Below, piece after piece: positions 45,134 through 52,514 of a stretch of 64,000 bases of DNA. Position numbers and translations under genes: made by a program. The stretch is taken from NCBI GenBank assembly GCA_965202845.1, contig OZ241856.1, forward strand, positions 2,473,931 through 2,537,930, read 5' to 3'. The notes beneath the pieces were generated by a model. It searched no databases. It was given only the letters and a program-made list of their open reading frames with translations, and was not told the origin of the DNA. The stretch comes from Candidatus Marinacidobacterium sp. (GTDB taxonomy: Bacteria > Acidobacteriota > Vicinamibacteria > Marinacidobacterales > Marinacidobacteraceae). Within the stretch, counting starts at the first letter, position 1. Each line of letters starts with the position of its first letter.

Positions 45134-46488
45134 GTAACCGATCCGATTTCCAGCTTGAGTTGTCTCAGCCCCTTGCTGACCGGGGCGCCCCCGAGATAGT
45201 CGGCGAGCCTTTGCCGATCCACCGGGAGCGAGGCTCCCGGTTCGGCCCGCCACGTATCGCGGACCGGCCGGAACGCGCTGACGGGGCCGTCGTCGCCGGT
45301 GAGCGCCCGCTCCACGAACACGAAGTCGTCATATCCGAGACGGCGGGCCACTTCCGGCGAGTGGGTATTGAGGACGACCTGCCGCAAAGGATTGTCGGCG
45401 GCCACCGCTTTCCCAGGATCCACCGCGTAGTCCTGGAGCAGTTCCACCAGGGCGGGAACCCGCGAGGGGTGGATGCCGTTCTCCGGTTCCTCGATACAGA
45501 GAACAGCGCGGTCGCGGACATCCACAAGCTTGAGCGTCAGGGCGATGTATCGCAACGCGCCTTCGGAGAGGGAACGGCCGTACAACCATTCGTCCACCCC
45601 GCGAATCCGGGCCCGCAGGGCAAGCTGGCCGCGCGCCTCGTCGGAATCCACGTCCAGCTCCTGGATGTCCGCATCCAGTTGCTGCAGCTTGAACAGAATC
45701 TCGCTGCGGACGGCGCCCGAATCCCCCTGGAGCAGCGCATGAAGCGTGGCCGCGAGATGGGCGCCAGAGGAGACGATGTGGGGAGGCGTCCCGCGGTCGT
45801 CCGGGGCGCGCATGGCGCTGGGCTCCAGATGCAGCGACTTCCAGGAGGACATCTCGCGCTTGGCGGCAAGAACCGTGGGGTAATGGAAGGTGTTTGTTCC
45901 GCCCACCACGGTGCGGGGAGAGGCGCCAATGGGCGACGGGCGCCCCCGGCTGCCGCCGTCCTGATGCAGCCGGACGGATTCCCCATTGGTGGAGAGGAAC
46001 GGCCCGCGCCGGCGTCCTCCCAGCGCAACGGATTGCCGGAACGCCGGTTTCGCCCCGAAACCGACAAAATTCCTGAAATCCTTGATCCTTGCGGGGAGAA
46101 GACTCTCGTGCTCCACCAGCAGAAGGCCGGAATCCAAGGCGTATCGCAACCGAACGGCGTACGTCAGGAGCGTCGTGCTCGGCTCGGCCGGTTGGCCGAA
46201 ATCATCCTCCACCTCGGCTGGCGCCAGCATGTCCGCCGAAAGCTCGATCGCGCGATTCGGATCCCGGCGGAAGATCAGATCAAGGGGCGAAGCGCGGCCT
46301 CCGGAGCGCCGCACTTCGGCGGCCGCGTAGGCGCTGTCGTGTTCCGCCAAGGCGCCGAGAAAGCGGATCGCGTCGAACAGGTTGCTCTTCCCGGCGCCGT
46401 TGTGTCCCAGGAAGCAGGTGAGCGGACCGAAGCGAACCTCGGCGTCGCGGATGCTCTTGAAGTTCTTGACGGAAAGGCGGAGGAGCAT
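45130..46488 (-). CDS. AAA_15/AAA_21-type (ABC/RecF-like) ATPase
   Basis: MLLRLSVKNFKSIRDAEVRFGPLTCFLGHNGAGKSNLFDAIRFL (Walker A), LSEGALRYIAL (signature), VLCIEEPENGIHP (Walker B), LNTHSP (H-loop). Confidence 0.8.
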   Translation of the reverse strand: MLLRLSVKNFKSIRDAEVRFGPLTCFLGHNGAGKSNLFDAIRFLGALAEHDSAYAAAEVRRSGGRASPLDLIFRRDPNRAIELSADMLAPAEVEDDFGQPAEPSTTLLTYAVRLRYALDSGLLLVEHESLLPARIKDFRNFVGFGAKPAFRQSVALGGRRRGPFLSTNGESVRLHQDGGSRGRPSPIGASPRTVVGGTNTFHYPTVLAAKREMSSWKSLHLEPSAMRAPDDRGTPPHIVSSGAHLAATLHALLQGDSGAVRSEILFKLQQLDADIQELDVDSDEARGQLALRARIRGVDEWLYGRSLSEGALRYIALTLKLVDVRDRAVLCIEEPENGIHPSRVPALVELLQDYAVDPGKAVAADNPLRQVVLNTHSPEVARRLGYDDFVFVERALTGDDGPVSAFRPVRDTWRAEPGASLPVDRQRLADYLGGAPVSKGLRQLKLEIGSVT

Positions 46489-46596
46489 GCCGGGACCGGT
46501 AGAGAATACCGGGTCTCCGCTAGGAGCCATTGAGCTTGCGCCCGCGATCCGGGATCATGCGGAGCGCCCAGGGAGGACGCATGACCCGAGCAGACG

Positions 46597-46860
46597 ATGT
46601 TCGGCGAGCCGCTCTACCGCAGCCGCGAGGAGAAGGCGGCGCACCTGCTCTATTTCATCGTCAAGGATCGTCCGTTCACCGATGGCAACAAGCGGATCGG
46701 CGCGCTCCTGTTCCTGCTCTATCTCGCCCAGGAGGGCGTCGCGCACGCGCTCGACTCCCGGTCGCTGACCGCGCTCACCCTGCTGCTCGCCGAGAGCGCG
46801 CCGGACAACAAGGATCTGATGGTGCGGCTCGTGATGAACCTGCTGGCGGAATCAGAGTGA
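46597..46860 (+). pseudogene. Doc/Fic family toxin fragment (N-terminally truncated, catalytic His replaced)
   Basis: The 87-aa ORF contains EEKAAHLLYFIVKDRPFTDGNKRIGALLFL. The Fic/Doc motif HxFxDGNKR reads RPFTDGNKR here. An in-frame stop lies 15 nt upstream of the ATG, so the usual N-terminal ~40-50 aa are missing. Confidence 0.55.
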
Positions 46861-46873
46861 CACATTTCGTCAC

Positions 46874-46888
46874 GGGGGGGGGGGGGGG
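46874..46888 (+). repeat. Homopolymeric G15 tract
   Basis: Counted directly; 75 bp upstream of the ATG at 46963. Confidence 0.95.
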
Positions 46889-46899
46889 TACAATCGGCC

Positions 46900-46964
46900 G
46901 CCGATCCCTGATGCCGATCCCTGATGCCGATCCCTGATGCCGATCCCTGATGCCGATCCCTGAT
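46900..46964 (+). repeat. Five perfect tandem copies of the 13-bp unit GCCGATCCCTGAT
   Basis: Counted directly. The last unit supplies the AT of the ATG start codon of the Type ISP-like gene (its G lies just outside the array). Each unit holds a GATC, and an ATG is formed across each unit junction. Confidence 0.95.
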
Positions 46965-49900
46965 GACGGACCTTGATCTCGCCGGGCGGCCCCGTGCGGG
47001 CAGCGTCTTGGACCGCATCCGGAAAACGAGCCGCGACCAGGCCGAGAAGGGGCGCTGGTTCGAGCAGCTGTTCATGCGGGTCGCGCGGCAGGAGCCGGAG
47101 TTCGAGATCGAGGACATCCACCGCTGGCCGGATTGGCCGGAACGCGAGGAGCTAACCGGCCTGAGCGGGGAGGACACCGGAATCGACCTGGTGGCGCGAC
47201 GGACTTCGGGCGAGTGGATCGCCATCCAGTGCAAGTGCTACGACAAGAAGCGGCGGGTCAACAAAGAGGACATCGACTCCTTCCTCGGCAGATCCGGGCA
47301 CAAGCTCTTCGACCTGCGCTGGATCGTGGCGACTTGTGATTGGGGACGGAAAGCCGAGAGCGCGATCCGGAACATGAATCCCGAAGTCCGGCAGATCGAT
47401 TTCCGCGAATACCTCGACGTCCGGGTCGAGGAGCGGGACGCGAAGCGGCCGGTGCAGGCCCCGTGGCCGCTCCAGGAGGAAGCCATCGAGAACGTCGTCC
47501 GCGGTCTCGGCAACCACGACCGGGGCCGGCTGGTGATGGCGTGCGGCACCGGCAAGACGTTCACCTCGCTTCGCATCGCCGAGCAGGTGGTTGAGGACGG
47601 GGGGCGCATCCTCTTCGTCGCTCCCACCATCGCGCTGGTCTCGCAGGCGCGGCGGGAATGGCTGCGGCAGACGACCCGCAGGCTGCATGGCGTCGTCGTG
47701 TGCTCCGATGCGACCGCCGGGGGACGCCAGGAAAACACCGAGGACATCCGGACCACCGAGCTGGAATGCCCGGTGACCACCAAGCCCGCCGAAATCGCGA
47801 AGAAGCTCCTCGAGGGGGAGGACACCCGCGTCGTCTTTTGCACCTACCACTCGCTCCGCCGGGTGACCGAGGCCCAGGCGAAGCACGGCGCCCCGGCGTT
47901 CGATCTCGCCATCGCCGACGAGGCGCATCGCACCACCGGCCTGGAACGAAAAATCCCGTCCGGGGAGGAGGATCGCAAGGTCGACTTCCAGGAATTCCAC
48001 GACGACGAGCGGCTTTCCGCCCAAAAGCGCCTCTACATGACCGCAACGCCGCGGATCTACACCGAGACCTCCAAACGCAAGTTGGGCCGGCTGGGGATCG
48101 ACGTCGTCGACATGGGCGACTTCAAGGTCTACGGCCCCGAAATGCACCGGCTTTCGTTCAAGAAGGCGGTGAGGAAACGCATCCTCTCCGACTACCGGGT
48201 GATCGTTCTGGGCGTGGGCCGGGGCAGCGTCACGTCCGCGCTCCGGCGGCGACTCGAACGGCTCGTCGACAAGGAGGCGAAGAATGCACCGACAACCAAC
48301 GAGATGACCCGGGTGCTGGGGGTTTCGCTCGCGATCAACGGCTTCACCCGGGGCAAGGCGCTGGAACGGCCGGGACGGCTGCCGCGCACCATGATGTTCG
48401 CCAACAACATCGCCCGCTCCAAGTGGTACGCGGATGCGCTCATGGATCGCCAAGTCCGGGGGACCACCACCCGGAGACTGGAGGACGGCGCGGCGATGAA
48501 GGTGGACGCCCGGCACCTCGACGCTTCGGCGAGCGCGCTCCAGCGCAACCAGGCACTGCGACGGCTCGCCTCCGCCGACGAGCGGACATGCCGGGTGGTG
48601 AGCAATGTCAAGCTCTTCACCGAGGGGGTGGACGTCCCCTCGCTGGACGCGGTCGCCTTCCTCGACCCCCGGGACAGCCAGGTGGACGTCGTCCAGGCGG
48701 TCGGGCGGGTCATGCGGAAGGCGCCGGGCAAGCGCTTCGGCTACATCATCGTTCCGGTGGTCGTCCCGCCGGGAAGCGATGTGGTGGCCGCGCTCGAATG
48801 GGGGAGCGAGGGATACCAGACGGTGGGTCGGGTGCTGCGGGCGCTCCAGGCGCACGACGGACGCCTCGCGGAGGACACCGCCACCTTCGTCCAAGTGTAC
48901 GAAACGGATCCCGTGCCCAAGCCGAACGGCGAAGAGACGGACATCCAGCCGAAGCTGGACCTGAGGGAGGCCGAGACCGGGATTTTCGCGCACATCGGCG
49001 CGGCGGCGGGTCTTGGAAAGCCGGGACAGGTCGTCGCCAGCGAGATCATCCAGGCCGTCCAGGACGCGAGCGCCATCTTCGCGGAGGAGGCGCTGGAAGG
49101 TCCGCTGGCCCAGGCGCTCGACCTGACCCCGGAGGACGACGGCGGCGCGAAGGGCGTTTGCACCATCGCCGCGCTCATGCTGGCGAACGCCTGCCTGCTG
49201 CAGCGCCGGCTCCGCGACGAACCGGGAATGGAAATGATCACGTCGCTGGATGCGGTCTCCGGGTCCTCGCACCCGATCGCGGCGCTGGAAGCCGCATGGA
49301 AGACGATCCTCGAAACGGACTACGAGAAGGTGTTCGAGCCGGCGCTCGACGTGCTGGGCGCCCTGCCGGAAGGCAGGGGGATCGAAGACGCCGTCCGGAT
49401 CGTGGTCGAATGCGCCAACCGGGTCGCCGATTCGCTCAGCGAGCTCGGCCTCGACTACGCCGGACCCCTCTACCACCGGATTCTGGGATCGGCGAAAAGC
49501 GACGGGGCGTTCTACACGAACAACATCTCCGCGATCCTGCTGGCGCGGCTGGCGTTCCCGCGCGACTTCGCCGACTGGTCGGACCCGAAGGCGGTCGCAA
49601 AACTCCGGATCCTGGATCCCGCCTGCGGCACCGGAACCCTGCTCATGGCGGCGCTCCGGACCCTCAAGGACCGGGTGGCGGAGGCCCGGGAGCTGAGCGA
49701 CGAGGACCAGCGCGCGCTGCACCGGGAGCTGGTGGAGGAGACGCTCTGCGGACTGGACATCAACGCGTACGGCCTGCAGCTGGCGGCCTGCAACATGATC
49801 CTGGGCGCGCCGACCGTCAAATACGGGCGCCTGAACCTGGTCGCCGCGCCCCACGGTCCGCAAAAGAAGGGACCGCCCCGGGCCGGTTCGCTGGACATCC

Positions 49901-50427
49901 TGGACCAGGAGCAGCCCCCCCGGCTGTTCGTTACCGATCCGCCGCCGGAGTTCGAGACCGTCGCCGGCGACAAGAAGAAGGTCGAGTTCCCGCTGCACGA
50001 CTTGGACGCGGTGATCATGAACGCGCCCTTCACCGCGAACAAGAACCGCAGCCTGAAGTACGGCGAGGCGGGGCGCCGGGCGATGCAGGAGCACGAGCTC
50101 GGCATCCAGCGGCGGCTGGGCGAGCGGGATCCGGAGGCGGCGCGGTGCGTGACCGCGAACAGCATCGGAACGTTTTTCACCCCGCTCGCCGAAAAGCTGG
50201 TCCGCAAGGATTCCGGGGCGCTCGCGAAGGTGATTCCCACCACCGCCTGCACCAATGCCAGCGGGAAGCCGGAGCGCCAGTTCCTAGCCGAGCGCTTCCA
50301 CGTCGAAACCGTGGTGACCAGCCACGATCCGGGACGGATTCACTTCAGCGAAAACACCGCGATCCACGAGTCGCTGCTGGTCTGCCGCCGGCGCCGTCCC
50401 GAATTCGGGGGGGGGGGGGGGGGGTAG
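46963..50427 (+). CDS. Type ISP-like restriction-modification enzyme, N-terminal 1154 aa (Mrr-like nuclease + SF2 helicase-like ATPase + N6-adenine methyltransferase)
   Basis: Mrr-cat-like GIDLVARRTSGEWIAIQCKCY. Helicase motifs MACGTGKTFTS and IADEAHRTTG. MTase motif I ILDPACGTGTLL and motif IV VIMNAPFTAN. The ORF ends in six Gly codons (the G18 tract) followed by TAG. Confidence 0.8.
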   Translation: MTDLDLAGRPRAGSVLDRIRKTSRDQAEKGRWFEQLFMRVARQEPEFEIEDIHRWPDWPEREELTGLSGEDTGIDLVARRTSGEWIAIQCKCYDKKRRVNKEDIDSFLGRSGHKLFDLRWIVATCDWGRKAESAIRNMNPEVRQIDFREYLDVRVEERDAKRPVQAPWPLQEEAIENVVRGLGNHDRGRLVMACGTGKTFTSLRIAEQVVEDGGRILFVAPTIALVSQARREWLRQTTRRLHGVVVCSDATAGGRQENTEDIRTTELECPVTTKPAEIAKKLLEGEDTRVVFCTYHSLRRVTEAQAKHGAPAFDLAIADEAHRTTGLERKIPSGEEDRKVDFQEFHDDERLSAQKRLYMTATPRIYTETSKRKLGRLGIDVVDMGDFKVYGPEMHRLSFKKAVRKRILSDYRVIVLGVGRGSVTSALRRRLERLVDKEAKNAPTTNEMTRVLGVSLAINGFTRGKALERPGRLPRTMMFANNIARSKWYADALMDRQVRGTTTRRLEDGAAMKVDARHLDASASALQRNQALRRLASADERTCRVVSNVKLFTEGVDVPSLDAVAFLDPRDSQVDVVQAVGRVMRKAPGKRFGYIIVPVVVPPGSDVVAALEWGSEGYQTVGRVLRALQAHDGRLAEDTATFVQVYETDPVPKPNGEETDIQPKLDLREAETGIFAHIGAAAGLGKPGQVVASEIIQAVQDASAIFAEEALEGPLAQALDLTPEDDGGAKGVCTIAALMLANACLLQRRLRDEPGMEMITSLDAVSGSSHPIAALEAAWKTILETDYEKVFEPALDVLGALPEGRGIEDAVRIVVECANRVADSLSELGLDYAGPLYHRILGSAKSDGAFYTNNISAILLARLAFPRDFADWSDPKAVAKLRILDPACGTGTLLMAALRTLKDRVAEARELSDEDQRALHRELVEETLCGLDINAYGLQLAACNMILGAPTVKYGRLNLVAAPHGPQKKGPPRAGSLDILDQEQPPRLFVTDPPPEFETVAGDKKKVEFPLHDLDAVIMNAPFTANKNRSLKYGEAGRRAMQEHELGIQRRLGERDPEAARCVTANSIGTFFTPLAEKLVRKDSGALAKVIPTTACTNASGKPERQFLAERFHVETVVTSHDPGRIHFSENTAIHESLLVCRRRRPEFGGGGGG
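50407..50424 (+). repeat. Homopolymeric G18 tract inside the Type ISP-like coding region
   Basis: Counted directly. It separates the two reading frames of the gene. Confidence 0.95.
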
Positions 50428-50461
50428 GCACAACGCGACCCGCTTCGTCGCCCTCCGCCGG

Positions 50462-51316
50462 ATGCCCCGGGATGTCAAGGAGGTGCTGGAGGTGGTGGCG
50501 GCCATCGAGGCCGGGGTTCCGAACTCATGGTGCAGCATCTCGGAACAGCCGGAGAAGCGGGTCCGCGCCGGCGACTGGCGCCCCTGCCAGTTCTTCGACC
50601 CGGAGCTTCCCCGCGCCGCGATGCGGCTGGAGGCGGACCCGGACCTCGTACCGCTGAAGAAGCGCTACTCGCTGGGACCTGCGGGCCAAGGAATCCGGGC
50701 CGCCTTCCGCCCTATCCCGGAGGACGACGACGGATACCGGGTGTTCTGGAGCCGCTCCCAGGGGCTGCGGTTCACGATGCTGGCGCTCCCCGAACAGCGG
50801 GTGGCGGAGCGGAAGTCGGGGCTCGCCGCCCGCTACCGGCGGCAGGCGGGACACGTGCTGGTGGCCGCGAAGTTCCGAACGGATTCCGGGCGGCTGCTCG
50901 CCCTCTTCAGCGAGGAGCCGGCGCTCGGATCCATGTGGGTTCCCATCCGCACCCCGGAAGGCGCCGAGGAGGAGGCGAAGGCGCTCTGCGCCTGGCTGAA
51001 CAGCACCCTGGGCGCGCTGCAGTTCCTGATGCGGCGCTCCACCACGCTCACCAACCCTTCGTTTTCCCAGGCCGACCTGGAGACGATCCGCATCCCCGAC
51101 TTCCGCAAGGTTCCGGCGGCGCCCCTCGCCGAAGCCTACGAGCGGTTGCGGTTCTCCACGGTGCGCCCCTGGAGGGAGGCCGCCCAAAACGACCTCCGCG
51201 ACGATCTGGACCGGGCGGCCCGCGCCACCGTCGGAATCGACCTGGCGACGATCCGGGATCTGCGGACGCGGATCAGCAAGGAGCCGACCGTCTCCAACCA
51301 GACCGCCCCAGCGTAA
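50462..51316 (+). CDS. C-terminal (target-recognition-like) segment of the split Type ISP-like gene
   Basis: This frame is open back into the G tract (GRHNATRFVALRRMPRDVKEV...). It lies +1 relative to 46963..50427. No independent SD is obvious. Its size (~295 aa) fits the TRD expected after the MTase domain. Confidence 0.6.
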   Translation: MPRDVKEVLEVVAAIEAGVPNSWCSISEQPEKRVRAGDWRPCQFFDPELPRAAMRLEADPDLVPLKKRYSLGPAGQGIRAAFRPIPEDDDGYRVFWSRSQGLRFTMLALPEQRVAERKSGLAARYRRQAGHVLVAAKFRTDSGRLLALFSEEPALGSMWVPIRTPEGAEEEAKALCAWLNSTLGALQFLMRRSTTLTNPSFSQADLETIRIPDFRKVPAAPLAEAYERLRFSTVRPWREAAQNDLRDDLDRAARATVGIDLATIRDLRTRISKEPTVSNQTAPA

Positions 51317-51319
51317 CGT

Positions 51320-51556
51320 TCAGCGGTCGCGCTCCTCCCGCAGGAGGGCGACGCTGTCAGGCTCCCAGATTTTGTCCTGTTTCTCGAGCAGCCGGGCGGT
51401 GCGTTCCCGGAACCGCTTCATCGCCTGGTTCCGGTCCGTGTGCCGGGAAAGCAGGACACGAACCTCGGCCGACAGGGACCGCTGGTTGCCCCGCGCCTGC
51501 GACTTGAGCGCCTGGATCACCCGGTCATCCAGATTACGAATGGTGAGAGTTCCCAT
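51320..51556 (-). CDS. Ribbon-helix-helix antitoxin-like protein (FitA/VapB-type), no cognate toxin adjacent
   Basis: MGTLTIRNLDDRVIQALKSQARGNQRSLSAEVRVLL is the classic RHH antitoxin N-terminus. Start set at the internal Met of the track ORF. Confidence 0.65.
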   Translation of the reverse strand: MGTLTIRNLDDRVIQALKSQARGNQRSLSAEVRVLLSRHTDRNQAMKRFRERTARLLEKQDKIWEPDSVALLREERDR

Positions 51557-51606
51557 GAGACGTGCCTCCAGAGACGGAATGATAGACCCTGAAAAAGCGA
51601 CCGCCT

Positions 51607-52482
51607 TCAAGCGGGCGGGAGGCGGAGGAACACCTTCGGCGGGTCGTCGCCGGCGCAGACGCCCCACGCCATGTGCGACGTGGTGTGCGCCGCAGCGTAG
51701 CGACCCTCCGGGGTGAGCAGCATCAGCCCGGCCCTTCCGGCGAGCCGCTCGTGGAGGCGCCGCAGAAGCTCCGCCGCCGTATCCCCGGGCGTCCCTCCGG
51801 CCTCCAGGCGCGCGACCGCGGCGCGGGCGAGGCCCAAGCGGATCGCCCCCTCGCCCCAGCCGGTGGCCACCGCTCCGCCCGCTTCGGCGTCGGCGTAGAA
51901 CCCGGCGCCCACTTGCGGGGTGTCCCCGACGCGACCCGGCATCTTGCCGAGGGTTCCCCCTGTGGAGCCGGCGACCGCGATCCGCCCCTCCCGGTCGAGC
52001 GCCGCCGCGCCCACCGTGTCCGCGGGCGCCGCACGCGCGCGCCAGGCGGCCAGCCGCTCGCGCTCCCGGGGCGTGATCAGCTTTCTCGGATTGATCTCCG
52101 GAAAACCCTCTTCCAGGGCGAAGCGCTCCGCCCCGGTTTCCACCAGCAGAACGTGGGAGGTGGTTTCCATCACCCGGCGCGCCACCCGAATCGGGTTGCG
52201 AACCGTGCGGACTCCGGCCACCGCGCCGGCGCGAAGACCGTCGCCATCCATGATCCCGGCGTCCAGCGACACGGAGCCATCCCGGTCCAGCACCGACCCG
52301 GTTCCGGCGTTCAGCGCCGGATTGTCCTCCATCATGGCGACCGCCCGCTCCACCGCCGTGAGCGCCGACCCCGTCCCGGCCAGGGCGCCGAATCCGACGC
52401 GAAGCGCCGTCTCCACCCCCCGGCGGTGGGCTTCTTGTTCGTCCGCCGGAATCGCCCAGGCCCCGGCGTGAACCAGCAACAC
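51607..52482 (-). CDS. Isoaspartyl peptidase / L-asparaginase (Ntn hydrolase, plant-type)
   Basis: HAGAW..., NAGTGSVL, and the autoprocessing site DTVGAAALD. Confidence 0.85.
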   Translation of the reverse strand: MLLVHAGAWAIPADEQEAHRRGVETALRVGFGALAGTGSALTAVERAVAMMEDNPALNAGTGSVLDRDGSVSLDAGIMDGDGLRAGAVAGVRTVRNPIRVARRVMETTSHVLLVETGAERFALEEGFPEINPRKLITPRERERLAAWRARAAPADTVGAAALDREGRIAVAGSTGGTLGKMPGRVGDTPQVGAGFYADAEAGGAVATGWGEGAIRLGLARAAVARLEAGGTPGDTAAELLRRLHERLAGRAGLMLLTPEGRYAAAHTTSHMAWGVCAGDDPPKVFLRLPPA

Positions 52483-52514
52483 CGGCGGCGCGCCCGCCCC
52501 GGCGAGCGCGCGGA

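Noticed and set aside
44534-45253. 239-aa version of the DUF4276-like ORF starting at 45253.
   Set aside because: The first 40 codons overlap the ATPase C-terminus and are Gly/Arg-rich. A GTG start forming a GTGA overlap with the ATPase stop gives the family-typical ~200 aa.
46900-46964. The 13-bp repeats as coding heptad-like or peptide repeats, or as alternative in-frame start sites.
   Set aside because: A 13-nt period is not a multiple of 3. Every unit carries TGA in the frames opened by its ATG, so only the last ATG opens the long ORF.
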